From Patescibacteria group bacterium (GTDB lineage: Bacteria > Patescibacteriota > Microgenomatia > UBA8517), in contig JBBTWD010000002.1 in assembly GCA_038062915.1 (NCBI GenBank), positions 5,189-69,188 of the forward strand: DNA of 64,000 nucleotides, read 5' to 3'. The notes beneath the pieces are model-generated. The model saw only the letters and a list, made by a program, of their open reading frames with translations, had not been told where the DNA came from and made no database searches. Below are positions 27,495 through 39,500 of this stretch, piece after piece (positions within the stretch are counted from its first letter, which is position 1; every line of letters begins with the position of its first letter). Both the position numbers and the translations under genes were made by a program.

Positions 27495-28144
27495 TTTTTT
27501 TCTCCTATAACCAAAACAGACAATCCAAATGGTGGTCTGACAAATTTTTCAACAAACAAAAACAATTTTGCAATTTTATCAAAAAAATTTAGCTGTCCTT
27601 GGGAAATAATTCTTTTCTTTAAAACTTTTCCGTTTATGAACCAACCAAGTAGGCCTAACCAGTTTAAATGGCGAATAACCATTAGCGAATAACCATTAGC
27701 TATTAGTAAATCAGACACTGATTTTTTGGAATATCGCCGGAAGTGGCCAAGCTCTTTATCTATTTGTCCATATGCCCAATTATGTGCAGGGACTAGTAAA
27801 ATTAATTTGCCTCCAATATTTAACAGTTCATACATATTCTTAAGCGCTTTTTTATCATTCTTTATATGTTCCAGGACATTCATGCAAACAATTGTGTCAA
27901 AAGTTCTTTTACCAAAAAAATACTTTCCTTTTTCTATGTCGCCATAATTTGCGTTTTTGTAGCTAGAGTCATAATCGATCGCAGTAACTTTTCCATACTT
28001 ACTTAATTTTGAAGTAAAGTTCCCAATTCCGGCTCCTACTTCCAAAATTTCTCCCCTCAAATATGTTGATATTTGTTTTAAAAGCCAATTATTGTACCAA
28101 ACAGCGGAACTCATAATTTCAAGTGTTTTTTCTCCCGTTTCCAT
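27491..28144 (-). CDS. Class I SAM-dependent methyltransferase
   Basis: ILEVGAGIGNFTS motif I; LNVLEHI. Confidence 0.75.
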   Translation of the reverse strand: METGEKTLEIMSSAVWYNNWLLKQISTYLRGEILEVGAGIGNFTSKLSKYGKVTAIDYDSSYKNANYGDIEKGKYFFGKRTFDTIVCMNVLEHIKNDKKALKNMYELLNIGGKLILLVPAHNWAYGQIDKELGHFRRYSKKSVSDLLIANGYSLMVIRHLNWLGLLGWFINGKVLKKRIISQGQLNFFDKIAKLFLFVEKFVRPPFGLSVLVIGEKK

Positions 28145-28174
28145 TTAAGTAACCTCTAGATTATACTAGATTCG

Positions 28175-29992
28175 ATGTGCGGCATCGCAGGTAAAATTCA
28201 ATTTGGAAATAAAGTTGTTGAAAAAAAGGATCTTTTATTGATGTCTCAAAAAATCATACATAGAGGTCCAGATGATGAGGGGTTATATGTATCAGACGAT
28301 AAAAAAGTGGGATTGGTTAATAGGAGACTTGCAATAATTGATCTATCTAAAAATGGACATATGCCGATGGTCTACAAAAATAAGTATGTAATTACATATA
28401 ATGGTGAGGTATATAACTTTCAAAGCGAAAGAAGGTTATTAGAAAAACAGGGATACAGGTTTAATTCTAATTCAGATACAGAAGTAATTCTTGCTCTTTA
28501 TGACAAATATGGAGTTTCATGTCTTGAGCATCTAAGGGGAATGTTTGCTTTTGCAATTTACGACAAAGTAAATAATAAAGTTTTTATAGCTCGGGACAGA
28601 CTGGGTAAAAAACCGGTAAAATATTACCTCTCCTCCGAAGTTTTTATTTTTGCTTCAGAGCTTAAAGCGATTCTTACACAAGATGAGGTTAAAAAAGAAC
28701 CTGATTACGAAGCCATTGGCAATTACCTAACTTTTGGATACGTTCCATCTCCCCTCACGGGATTTGTCGGAATAAAAAAACTTGAACCTGGTCATTATTT
28801 AATAATAGATCTTAAGAACCCAAAATTAAAAAAAGAAAAATATTGGAAACCTAACTTTTCAAAAAAGCTATCTCTATCAGAGAACGATTGGAAAGAAAAA
28901 ATTTTAACCACACTTGAGGAATCTACCAAGCTTCGTATGATTTCTGATGTTCCTATTGGTGTTTTTCTTTCAGGGGGAGTCGACTCAAGCGCCGTAACTG
29001 CCATGATGGCCAAAAATTCAAATACGCCTGTTAAAACTTTTACAATTGGGTTTAAAGAGAAATCACATGATGAAAGGGGGTATGCAAAAAAAATTTCAGA
29101 GATGTATCAAACAGACCACACGGAGTTCATGGTTGAACCAGAGTCTATTGAGATTTTGCCGAAATTAATCCGTCAGTTCGAAGAACCTTATGCCAATTCA
29201 AGCTTTATCATTTCTTACCTTGTAGCAAAAGCTGCGAGGCAAAAAGTGACTGTAATTTTAAATGGTGACGGAGGGGATGAAAATTTTGCTGGGTACGATT
29301 CAAGGATGGTTAGATTAAATAGAGATGTCAGTGCAGACAGATTTGGCCCCCTTCTTAATACAATCGGGCTACAACTTGCCAAACTTTTGGGTAAAAATCA
29401 AATAATTAAGTTTTTAGAAAAACGAAAAACCCCCTTAGCCGACAGATACTTGTCCTATAATTGCTACTTCGATGGAGATATTCAATCACACATTCTGGTT
29501 AGAAATAAATTTGATGAATCAGGTGCCTCTGATCTTCGGGATAGAGCTTTATATTATGACCTAACTCAATATTTCCCCGACGATCTTTTGGCAAAATCTG
29601 ATTTAAGCAATATGTTGGTTTCACTCGAAGGAAGATCCCCATTTGCTGACCATAAAATGGTTGAGCTTGCCTGTCAAATTCCTTTTGATTTAAAATATAA
29701 AAATGGGATTACAAAATATATTCTCAAAAAATCTCTTGAAGATATCGTTCCAAAAGAAAATATGTATAGGCAGAAGAAAGGGTTTTCAATTCCTCTCGGA
29801 AATTGGTTTTCAGGAAATCTTAAAAAATACGCCGAGGATAAATTATTAAAAAAGAACACTTTTGTATCAAAATTGATTGGAACTGAAAAAATTAAAGTTC
29901 TACTTGAATCTCATAGCAGTAAAAATGATATGGGGCTAAAACTTTGGAATTTACTGGCATTGCAGCTTTGGTTTGATGATTATTTTAATTAA
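28175..29992 (+). CDS. asnB: Asparagine synthase (glutamine-hydrolysing)-like amidotransferase (AsnB/WbpS-like)
   Basis: MCGIAGKIQF Ntn-Cys2; SGGVDSS PP-loop. Confidence 0.85.
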   Translation: MCGIAGKIQFGNKVVEKKDLLLMSQKIIHRGPDDEGLYVSDDKKVGLVNRRLAIIDLSKNGHMPMVYKNKYVITYNGEVYNFQSERRLLEKQGYRFNSNSDTEVILALYDKYGVSCLEHLRGMFAFAIYDKVNNKVFIARDRLGKKPVKYYLSSEVFIFASELKAILTQDEVKKEPDYEAIGNYLTFGYVPSPLTGFVGIKKLEPGHYLIIDLKNPKLKKEKYWKPNFSKKLSLSENDWKEKILTTLEESTKLRMISDVPIGVFLSGGVDSSAVTAMMAKNSNTPVKTFTIGFKEKSHDERGYAKKISEMYQTDHTEFMVEPESIEILPKLIRQFEEPYANSSFIISYLVAKAARQKVTVILNGDGGDENFAGYDSRMVRLNRDVSADRFGPLLNTIGLQLAKLLGKNQIIKFLEKRKTPLADRYLSYNCYFDGDIQSHILVRNKFDESGASDLRDRALYYDLTQYFPDDLLAKSDLSNMLVSLEGRSPFADHKMVELACQIPFDLKYKNGITKYILKKSLEDIVPKENMYRQKKGFSIPLGNWFSGNLKKYAEDKLLKKNTFVSKLIGTEKIKVLLESHSSKNDMGLKLWNLLALQLWFDDYFN

Positions 29993-30864
29993 TATCCAGA
30001 TTTGCTTACTCTAAGCAATTTACGTTTAATTAATTTAAGTGGCGTCTCAATACTCGCCCTAGCCATATAAATACAACCTCTCCTTAACCATGGATTGCTA
30101 ACAATGTCCGGTTTTTCCCTAAAAAAAACCTCTGGATAGTAAAAATCGAGTGGAAATGATTTTCCCAATTCATATTTATACTTCAAATTTCGCTTCGGAA
30201 CATCAAAATCAAAATTTTTAGTAGATCTAGAAAGATTAGTAAAATGTAGATAAGAAGGTTTATTAATAAATTCTCTTCTTGCCTGCTCCATGTTTTGAAT
30301 CAAAACATTGTCCTTGTTGAAAAAACCCTGTTGACCGTGAGGTTTTGCAACGTTCAAACCATCAATTTTTCGATTGACCGCACGAGTATTAAAAAATCCT
30401 ATCTTACTATCAATCATGTACATACCTGCGGTTTCATCTTGAAAGTGATAAATATCTCCAATAAGATTTGTGTATTTATTGACAATCGTGTCCAAACCAT
30501 CTCCTTTAGCCTTAATGACAGAGACTAAATGGCGAATGCTATCCTGCCACCAAACTTCATCGCCATCAACTAGAATAAACCAATCAGTTTGGGTTTCTTC
30601 AAGCATTTTTTGTCTAACCAAAGTAAACTCATTCATATCAACTTTTCCTACTTCTTTAAAGTAAACCTTACCTGGCCTTGATTTTTCAATCTCCTTAATA
30701 ATTCCAATGGTTTTGTCGGTACTTCCAGTATCCCAAATAAAAATCTTGTCTACAAAATCGATTACACTCATAACACTAAACCATAAATATTTTTCTTCGT
30801 TTTGAACTAGTGTGTGAATTGTTATTGATTTGCTCATTTTTTGGATAGTTTGAAGAAATACCAA
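29989..30864 (-). CDS. GT2-like glycosyltransferase
   Basis: IWDTGSTDKT and a VDGDE DXD-like motif; weaker match. Confidence 0.5.
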   Translation of the reverse strand: MVFLQTIQKMSKSITIHTLVQNEEKYLWFSVMSVIDFVDKIFIWDTGSTDKTIGIIKEIEKSRPGKVYFKEVGKVDMNEFTLVRQKMLEETQTDWFILVDGDEVWWQDSIRHLVSVIKAKGDGLDTIVNKYTNLIGDIYHFQDETAGMYMIDSKIGFFNTRAVNRKIDGLNVAKPHGQQGFFNKDNVLIQNMEQARREFINKPSYLHFTNLSRSTKNFDFDVPKRNLKYKYELGKSFPLDFYYPEVFFREKPDIVSNPWLRRGCIYMARASIETPLKLIKRKLLRVSKSGY

Positions 30865-32105
30865 ATTGAAGATAGCGCTATAAATATTTGTCCAATTAAG
30901 ACAACCAAGCTTGTTCCCACGATTGAATATCGAGGAATAAAAATTATGCTGGTAACTAATATTATCACCATGTGAGCTATTCCCATGTAAAAGAAAAATT
31001 GAGGCTTGCTAAAATAAAATATTACACTGTCTCTGAATGGGGCGGTAGAAAAAAATATTGCCATTGCAACAACAAGGATTAGAAATGGCATAGTTGCGCT
31101 GTCAAAGTCACTCCCCGCAAACTTGAAAACAAAATGACCAATTATTACTAATGCTATTGAGCTGACTGTCGCAAGTCCCGATGTAAACAAAACGGATTTT
31201 ATGGTGTAGGCTAAATTCTTTTTGTTTGTGCTAAGTGAGGCAAATTTTGGTGCAGTAACCGCACCGATCGCTATCATTAACTGGGGAATGATTTGAGAGA
31301 TTTGGAGTGCCAGTCCATAAACTCCAAGTGAAGATAAGCTTAAATATCTTGCAGTAAAATACAACTCAATTCGAGACCCAATTGTTGAAACAATTACAAA
31401 AGCGGTTACCCATTTATTAAAACTAAAAAGATCGGGTAAATAAGCAAGAACTCCTTTTGAAAACAAAAATCTTTTACCCAAAAATATAAATGAAAACAAA
31501 AATCCTAAAAAGGGCAATACTAAATATATTACTGCCGCGGAGTAAGCACCAAGCGACTGAAACTTAAAAAGGAGAAGAATCATTAAAAGTCTTATCAGAT
31601 TTGTTCCAATAAAAAGTCCGCTCCATAAAAAATATTTTTCAAGAGACTGCGAAAGGGAGGTTGAAAAAGAGAAAAGAATTTGAGCCAAAACTCCAACGCC
31701 AATTAAAACAATAATCGAGGTTAACTCTGGTTTTTGTAAAACTAGCGATGAAATACTACCAGAGAAAATAAAAATTAACAAAAAAATAGTTAACCCTGAA
31801 ATAAATTTAATACCCAATGAAAGCTTAATAAGTTTATTTTGAATGTCAGGATTGTCTTTATATTTTGGGATAAATCTTACAATCCCTTGATCGCTTCCTA
31901 AATCTACAATCCCGGTCAGAAGTGCTATCGAAGTTGTAAAAATTGTAAATACACCAAACTCCGATGAACCTAAGAATTTAGCTAAAAGAAAATAAAAAAT
32001 AGCACCCAAAGCTCCATTAATCATCGTGCTAATCAGGGTAATTGAAGAGTTGCGAAAAGTACTAGTTAGGAAAATTTCTTTGAACATACTAAAAATATTA
32101 TACAA
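30834..32105 (-). CDS. wzx: Wzx-type oligosaccharide flippase (MOP superfamily, polysaccharide biosynthesis protein)
   Basis: About 12 TM helices; N-terminus ...MINGALGAIFYFLLAKFLGSSEFGVF... typical of Polysacc_synt. Confidence 0.75.
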   Translation of the reverse strand: MYNIFSMFKEIFLTSTFRNSSITLISTMINGALGAIFYFLLAKFLGSSEFGVFTIFTTSIALLTGIVDLGSDQGIVRFIPKYKDNPDIQNKLIKLSLGIKFISGLTIFLLIFIFSGSISSLVLQKPELTSIIVLIGVGVLAQILFSFSTSLSQSLEKYFLWSGLFIGTNLIRLLMILLLFKFQSLGAYSAAVIYLVLPFLGFLFSFIFLGKRFLFSKGVLAYLPDLFSFNKWVTAFVIVSTIGSRIELYFTARYLSLSSLGVYGLALQISQIIPQLMIAIGAVTAPKFASLSTNKKNLAYTIKSVLFTSGLATVSSIALVIIGHFVFKFAGSDFDSATMPFLILVVAMAIFFSTAPFRDSVIFYFSKPQFFFYMGIAHMVIILVTSIIFIPRYSIVGTSLVVLIGQIFIALSSIWYFFKLSKK

Positions 32106-34777
32106 GAAGTTAGTGTGGTAAGGCTTACAATTAACCCCGGAACAATATACTTCTGTGGGGCAAAGTAAAGATCGTATTCACCATCACCATCAATCCAAAA
32201 CCCATTAATCAAACTATATAGGCTATACCCTTTGTTGGAATTTAGTTCCCAGCCACTATCAAATATATCTGAAAAGAATAATGTGGTAGGACTTTTTAAT
32301 CCTTCAATTTTAATTTTGTAATGTGTAGGCGCAAGCGTCTCATAAATTACTTTGGCCTTGTTTTCACCTTTAAATAAGTCCGCACTAAACTTTATGATTT
32401 TTCCTTCGCTTTCTAGGCTTTTCACTTTTTGAATTAGTTCTTTTTCTTCTTTCAAAGAAAGTGTTACCAGAGAATTGACTATATTTATATCGCCTTTAGT
32501 TTTAATATCTAAATTGAAATCTTTCAAAACTTCGCCTATTCTTATCCAGTGAAAATCTGCTTTATCATAAATTGCTTTTTTTAATTTAATCTCTATCTTT
32601 TCAGGTTCCTTAATTTTAGTGTTAGCTTCCCCTATTTTCGTTTTTTCTTGCCAAAACTCAACTGTTTCCCCCCTACTACTTTCCATTACCCTTGCATACA
32701 GTACGCCGCCTTTCCTTAATTCGGGATTCATAATTCTTAATTCTAGGTTTCCCTCCGCAATAGCCCAACCACTTCCGTAATCAAAATCTAAATTATCAAT
32801 CCCATACTTCCCTTGCAAAAAATTCCGCAACCAAACCAGGTCAACCGCTTCCCTCTTCCACCAGCCTTCGCCAAAGCTTCGGCTGGCAGGCCATTCCGTT
32901 TGATTGGGGCTAAAATCCAAATCAGCACTTGGGGAAATAAATTTATCTTTATCAACCAAGGAAATGGCTAAATCGGTTAAGTTTTTATCGTATAAAATTA
33001 TCTTTGCGTCAAACAGATCATAGGTTCCAGATTTTTCTTCGATAAATATTAAGGCATTATTAGAAAATTTGGCTCCAAAATTTTTGATTTCTTGATAAAT
33101 CCTATCTGATCCAAGTATAAAATATGTGTTTTGGGAAAGGAAAAATTTGTCTTTATTTTCTTTTGTTTTAAATACTGGAACCGGAAAATCTGAAACCTTT
33201 CCTAAAATCCAAGGAAGGGTACTAATTTGATCATGAAAAGTATTGTAATAATCTACTTTCTCTTTACCCATGTCGTCGCGTTTTGGATCAAAATATGGAT
33301 AAGCTATATATTTTATACCTGATATATCAAACAACTCACCCATATAATTCCCTTCTCTTATAAAATTCTGTGTCTCATAGTTGCCGACCGTGCTAACTGC
33401 AAAGGGTCGAAGTGATTGCAGCCGACTTGCTTCAAGTGATGGGTGAAGGGGTGAGGCGTATCCCAACGGAGGTCTAGATGGGATCCAAAAAATTCGTCCG
33501 AAACTCTTATCATTTTCGAATATGGTAGTAAGTGTAGAATACCCACTTTCATATCGGGGAGTCGAAAATGTACCAGTCATTTTTCCTAAATAAACTGGTC
33601 GGATTAAATATAAAAAATATAATACAACTAAAAGCGGAAAAACCACCTTAAGTTTTAAATATTTTTTTGTTATTACGTCAACAGTAAATGCGATCAAAAC
33701 AGAGTAGGAAAGAGCAATTAAAAAGAAAAACTTAGTCGAATCTCTAAACAGAGAAAATCCAGGAATATTAGTAAATAGCCAAGTATAGGTACCTGCCAGT
33801 GGTGAATTTGCCCCTTTTGCTAAAAAAACAGAAATAAGTGCAACTACAGCCCAAAACCAAACTTCTTTAATCTTCCATCTTAAAACTGGGGCTAAAAATG
33901 CAAGAATTGGAATTAAAAGAAACTCCTTCCTGAATGGTGGGATTTTCCCAAATATATTTTCGTGCCAGTGGGGCTGGAGTAAGGTTAAAGAATGTTTAAG
34001 CTGTGTAAAATTTAAGTCTGAAGTTTTTGTAAGATCTGAAAATCTGGCACTTGAAAGTGGGTATTTAATAAACGGAGCTATCCAGTAAATGTTAAGGGCG
34101 ATAAAAATGATCGCTACGATGAATCCACTCTTTATCCACTCAAAATTCCATCCAAAAAAAATAAACCTTAATATTAATAAAATTGCCAAAATATATACAA
34201 ACCTAATATCTAAAATTCCCAAAACCCACATAGCAAGGCCAGAATATATTTTATATTTAAACTCACTTTTAATTGAATTTAAAAAAAGTAAATATGCTGT
34301 AGGAAACCATGCATAAGCTAATCCTATACCCAGTTGACCTCCATCAATTAAAAGTAGTATGTAAGTATTTGATAAATAAAAAAATACCGCTACAAACCTC
34401 CCTACTTGAGATAATTTTAATTTCTTAAGCAAGTTCCAAATGCTATATATACCCACTAAAAGTGTGGGGATAATAAACATTAACCGCTCTAAAATTTCAA
34501 ATGTAAACCCAAAATTGGTAAATATCCCTGCAGTAAAATCCATTAGCCACGACCAAAGCGTGAAAACTGAATAGCCACCGAAGCCTATTGAGCCTCTTAA
34601 AAACCAAAGCTGTGGAATATTAAGTTGGATTTTTAAATCAGGTGAAGAAACATTAGGAAAATCGGTAGCTACCCTGGGGCCAGATGGCCACCATTTCCAA
34701 TAAACCACCGCAAGTAAAATAATTAGCAAAATTAAATATTTACGCTCTTTGAGCCATGTGTATAATTGATTAATCAT
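32066..34777 (-). CDS. Giant polytopic membrane protein, GT-C-like (903 aa; paralog of 36537..40070 and 47338..49239)
   Basis: About 430-aa multi-TM N-terminal half, about 440-aa extracytoplasmic domain and a C-terminal TM anchor. Confidence 0.45.
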   Translation of the reverse strand: MINQLYTWLKERKYLILLIILLAVVYWKWWPSGPRVATDFPNVSSPDLKIQLNIPQLWFLRGSIGFGGYSVFTLWSWLMDFTAGIFTNFGFTFEILERLMFIIPTLLVGIYSIWNLLKKLKLSQVGRFVAVFFYLSNTYILLLIDGGQLGIGLAYAWFPTAYLLFLNSIKSEFKYKIYSGLAMWVLGILDIRFVYILAILLILRFIFFGWNFEWIKSGFIVAIIFIALNIYWIAPFIKYPLSSARFSDLTKTSDLNFTQLKHSLTLLQPHWHENIFGKIPPFRKEFLLIPILAFLAPVLRWKIKEVWFWAVVALISVFLAKGANSPLAGTYTWLFTNIPGFSLFRDSTKFFFLIALSYSVLIAFTVDVITKKYLKLKVVFPLLVVLYFLYLIRPVYLGKMTGTFSTPRYESGYSTLTTIFENDKSFGRIFWIPSRPPLGYASPLHPSLEASRLQSLRPFAVSTVGNYETQNFIREGNYMGELFDISGIKYIAYPYFDPKRDDMGKEKVDYYNTFHDQISTLPWILGKVSDFPVPVFKTKENKDKFFLSQNTYFILGSDRIYQEIKNFGAKFSNNALIFIEEKSGTYDLFDAKIILYDKNLTDLAISLVDKDKFISPSADLDFSPNQTEWPASRSFGEGWWKREAVDLVWLRNFLQGKYGIDNLDFDYGSGWAIAEGNLELRIMNPELRKGGVLYARVMESSRGETVEFWQEKTKIGEANTKIKEPEKIEIKLKKAIYDKADFHWIRIGEVLKDFNLDIKTKGDINIVNSLVTLSLKEEKELIQKVKSLESEGKIIKFSADLFKGENKAKVIYETLAPTHYKIKIEGLKSPTTLFFSDIFDSGWELNSNKGYSLYSLINGFWIDGDGEYDLYFAPQKYIVPGLIVSLTTLTSCIIFLVCSKKFS

Positions 34778-34778
34778 C

Positions 34779-36224
34779 GTGTTTAAAAAATATTTTCCTT
34801 TTATCCTTATTTATTCGATTGTAATTTTTTTGTACTATCCGGTCCTTTTTACATACTTCTCTCATGATGATTTTTTCCACTTTAAAGTTAGTATAACAGA
34901 CAGAGGTCTCGGGGAAATTATTAAGCTATTTGAGTTTTACCCATTTGACTCACGGGGGATTGCCTTTTATAGGCCGATATTTAGAGAGTTTTTGTATAAT
35001 AATTTTTATTATTTATTTGGGCTTAATCCACTACCTTTCAGGGTCTTTCAGTTTCTTATCCATTTCGTAAATATTTATCTTGTCTTTAGATTGGTACAAA
35101 AAATATACAAGAACAAAATTGTTTCATTTTTCACCTCTTTTTTCTTCGGGATTTGTACAGCAAATGTCGCTTCATTTTATTACTTGGCAGGGGGGATTCA
35201 AGTCCAAGGAGCTACGATGTTTATATTATCAACACTTATCTTGTTTGAAAAATATCCGGTTCTTTCGTTTATAACTTTCCTAGGAGCAATTTCCTCACAT
35301 GAGCTAGCTGCAACAGTCCCCATTCTCCTAATCGGCTTAATACTAATTAAGCATAAATTTAAAGATGGTTTAAAACAGATATGGATTCTTTGGCCCTATT
35401 TCATAGTTGTAGGAATTTATCTCTACATCAACCTAAAAATTATTGGTTATTCTACGAGTGAAACCCAATATAGTCCTGTCTTAAATCCAAAGACGACTAT
35501 TAACACTTTAGCCTGGTATGGTGGATGGGCGCTGGGGCTCCCTGAAACGCTTATAGACTTCGTTGGTCCCGGATTTAAATTAAATCCCAGTTTAATGAGA
35601 TTTTGGGGAAACTATTATAAAATAATTTTTCCTTCTTTTTTTGCCTCCGCTACCTTGATTGTTTTCTATTTAATTCAATCAGCACTATCGAAAAGTAGAA
35701 TATTTAAAGACAAACGATTTTGGTTTTTTATAATTTGGTTCCTGATAATTTTACTCCCCGTATTATTCCTTCCACAACATAAGTCAACATATTATTTATA
35801 TCCAGCATTACCGGCATTCTGGGCAGTACTAGGGATAATATCGTATAAAATGTCAAGGATATTGTTTGTAATTCTGGTTATATCTTTAGTTAGCTTATCT
35901 ACATCATCTGCAATTTTAGGCAGATCAACTTATTGGGCTTCTAGTCGGGGGAAACTGGCAGAAAAAATCATTAACAGCGTGAAGTTAAAATATCCTACTC
36001 TACCGGTAGGCTCGGGGGTTTACTTCATAAATGACTCAACATATCCATTCGTAGCCCAAGATTGGAAAGGCACATCCAAGCAGGCGTCATATGCGCTTAA
36101 CGGCGAAGACGGATTACAGCTTGTTTATAAGGATAAATTATTGAGGGTGTTTTATGAGGACAGTGGCGGAATACCTGACGAGTTTCCAATAGATAAAATA
36201 AAACCCATCGTTGCCATATATTAG
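34779..36224 (+). CDS. Polytopic membrane protein, GT-C-like
   Basis: About 12 TM helices; FSHDDFFHF in the first loop. Confidence 0.4.
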   Translation: MFKKYFPFILIYSIVIFLYYPVLFTYFSHDDFFHFKVSITDRGLGEIIKLFEFYPFDSRGIAFYRPIFREFLYNNFYYLFGLNPLPFRVFQFLIHFVNIYLVFRLVQKIYKNKIVSFFTSFFFGICTANVASFYYLAGGIQVQGATMFILSTLILFEKYPVLSFITFLGAISSHELAATVPILLIGLILIKHKFKDGLKQIWILWPYFIVVGIYLYINLKIIGYSTSETQYSPVLNPKTTINTLAWYGGWALGLPETLIDFVGPGFKLNPSLMRFWGNYYKIIFPSFFASATLIVFYLIQSALSKSRIFKDKRFWFFIIWFLIILLPVLFLPQHKSTYYLYPALPAFWAVLGIISYKMSRILFVILVISLVSLSTSSAILGRSTYWASSRGKLAEKIINSVKLKYPTLPVGSGVYFINDSTYPFVAQDWKGTSKQASYALNGEDGLQLVYKDKLLRVFYEDSGGIPDEFPIDKIKPIVAIY

Positions 36225-36544
36225 TCTTTCTTTAAAATCTGAAACAGTATGATTACAACCAATGTTCCAAAACCAGTACTTGCCGCCATTACAGCCATGT
36301 CGCGTAATTGAAAAATTTCTAATATTGAGGATGATATATAAAAAATCCCTACAGTTAAAAACCAAAAAAACAATTTAATTTTTGGATATTTATATATAAT
36401 AAAAATTAAAACCGTGAATAAACCTGCCTGTATTACTGGCCACAACGGATTAGTCAAAAAACCACTATTTAAAAACCAAAAGAAAGCAAAAACAAATAAA
36501 AGTAAGGCTATAGATTTTATATATTTTAGTATTTTCTTAATCAT
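36221..36544 (-). CDS. Small membrane protein (3 TM helices)
   Basis: ORF between two GT-C-like genes; hydrophobic. Confidence 0.35.
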   Translation of the reverse strand: MIKKILKYIKSIALLLFVFAFFWFLNSGFLTNPLWPVIQAGLFTVLIFIIYKYPKIKLFFWFLTVGIFYISSSILEIFQLRDMAVMAASTGFGTLVVIILFQILKKD

Positions 36545-39500
36545 TACGTTTTTTCCTTAAAAAGAATATTCCTACAACCACACTTGAAATAGTTGCAACT
36601 GCCGAAAACGTAATTCCCTTGTAAAATCTTTTTTGTGGAATAAATTCGATTTTTATTAAATATTCACCAGGATCTTCGTTTAGATACCATAGGTTACCAT
36701 ATCCGTTGGCTAAAAAATGGCGTTTTTCGGGTAAAACATATGACACCCCATCTTTAGTTAATGAAACTTTCCACTCTGGGTGAAAAGTTGTAAGAAAAAC
36801 CAGTGAAGTTGGACCATTCAATAATAGTCTACCCTCGTAGTAAGAAGGAGAAATCTGATTGATATCAATTTTTTGCCTATTTCTAACACCATCTTTTGCA
36901 ATATCAATAGATCTTAAAAACACATCATTAACCAAAAGTCGTTTAACAGATATATTTCGTATAGCGAAATCACTTTCTCTGTTGTAATCCTCACCGATTT
37001 CTTTGATTTTACATGCAACTTTATCGCCCAATATGGCCAAACAATTGTTCCAAGGCTCGCCATTAATTTTAACAACAGCTTCGGTAGTATTTAATCTAGG
37101 TTCAAAAAAGATTGACCCTGAATTCCAATAAAAGCTGTAATTATCCTTGTCATATATTTTATCTATCGACATATACCTTCTACCATTTACATCCCAGTCA
37201 GAGTCTTGCATCACTTGCAAAATGGGTCCCCGACCTTTTTTTATCCAATAATCAAAATCAACCCGATAAATACTATTTTTATCAAAGTCTTTTATATTAA
37301 ATGAGAGGCTTGAAGAATCAGTTTTAGAAGTATGAAAATCAAAAACTGGTTGAGTTGCATCACCAATCTGTTTAACCGATCCAGTTAATTGCCATTCTTG
37401 ACTGCCAATTTCAGGCGAAAGATTGACAGAGTCAACCATATTATAACTAATTTCGTGCAAACCCTTATCCAACTTAATAGTGCCAAACGAGAGAAACCCC
37501 ATTTTTAAATTTGCACTAAGCACTTTGACCTCGTTGTCAATTTGAAAGACTAGAGTTTTCAAACCACCTTGGTATTGAGAGTCACTTGGGGAATTTTTTA
37601 ATAATATCTCGTACTCAACATCTTTTTGGACATCAAATCTAAACACTTTTCGACCGTATTTACTCATTCCTATGTCTTCCTTTAATTCGTAAAACGGTAC
37701 GAATCCTAAATCGGACAACTTAATCTTCATATTCTCAAGTGCACTCAAATTATTCAGATCTTTTAAAACTATCTCATGCCTGGCGAGCATGGTTTTTAAT
37801 ATCAATTTTTCAGTTTTATCTACTAGTCCTCCCACCTGTCTTTGATTTATGATCTCGACTGCTTTATCAAACCTCTTGCTGTAATTAGCAATCATACGAT
37901 TGGCTAATTTAATATTCCCCTTTTCTGTTAACCGATGGGCTTCAGATAATCTTTTGCCGGCATGATCTAGTTCTACAAAATGCTTATTCATAGCAGGTGA
38001 TGAGACAAGTTGTACTTGTTCTTTTATCAAGATTAAGGAGTAAAAAAGAGAGTCGGGTAAAAAACGTGGCCTTGGAAGCTCTGCTAGCGCATTTTCTTTA
38101 TAAGCAAGGGGGGAAGACGGAGTTAGAATGGTATGAGTCGAGGTTATGGAATAATTCAAATTGCTTTGAGCTGACAACTCGTCTTGATTGTCATTTACTG
38201 GTGTTGCAAAAAACACGGGCCAAGATTCATTTTCATAAATCTCAGGCCAAATGGAAAAACCAATACTACCACCGGTTAAAACATTATAAACTTCTGCTGT
38301 AAACACCTTTGGTGTAAAAAAACTATCGTCAATTTCATAGATCACCAAATCACCAAAAGTTACTTTTTTCTGAATAAAACTTATTTGGAATAAAACTTTT
38401 TCGATAGCGTCCGGATTAACCAATACTCTTGCCTTCCAATCAATATCTTTATGCAAAACGATATATCTAATATTTAAATTTGAGAATACATTTGCCAGGC
38501 TTTTTTGATCAAAACTATTCGAAGTAAAAATGATATTTATAGAAGCTAGACTATGATCCACTTGTTCGAGTCCGAAACCATTTGAAACTGATGGAGTTGA
38601 GAATAGGAGTGAGCTTGGCTCAATTCCATTATATCCCTTTTCCCATGAATAAGTAACAGCGTCGCCAGTAACAAATGGCAAATGAAGAATTCTTCCAGAT
38701 TTATTTTCATCCTTAATCCAGGCGTTTGCTCTTATATAATCTTCAGGAACCTCAACCAATGCTGATTGTGATTTACTTCCAAAGATTTCTCCAAGCCACA
38801 TTGGCCAAGGGTAAATAATAAACTCAAGGACTAAAAGTGTGGAAATAAATACATAAGCCAAAATTCTCTTACCTGAAAATTTGGATTTTAGGAAAAAACA
38901 AATCTTTTCTATTCCTATTGGAAATATAAAGGCCGATGCAAAAGGAATCAATATCCCAAATTTTTCAAATGGATTACGAAACGCGCCCAAAAGAAATGAC
39001 TTACTGAAAGCCAAAAGAAAAGGATGTCCGAATGGGGCAGCTGTTCCTTTTGAGACAAAAATTGCTAACAAGAATAAGAAAATCCATACATAAAAATGTC
39101 TTTTTTTGCTAACTATAATCGAATAAATACCAATCAAAGTAACTAAAGGTATTGACCAGGAAATTAACTGCATTAAAAAATGACCATACCCACCAACCCA
39201 TATGTTTTCACCGAAAGTATAAAAGGAGTTGATACCACGCAGTACAACCGATATCGGGTTTTGATTGCTCAAAGAAAGAAGTGTCGCAATACTCGCATAA
39301 ATTGAATGTATTTGGGCAAATAATGTCGGACCGGTCGTCCAAAATGGATAAAGCCACCAAATATTGATAGCTAACCAGGAAACAAATACTAAAATAAGAA
39401 TTTTTAGATTTCTAAAAAAATTGTTCCAAATTGAATAAGTTAAAATAGGTATCCATATAATGACCATAAACGATAAACTGCCATATATATATGAGAAGGC

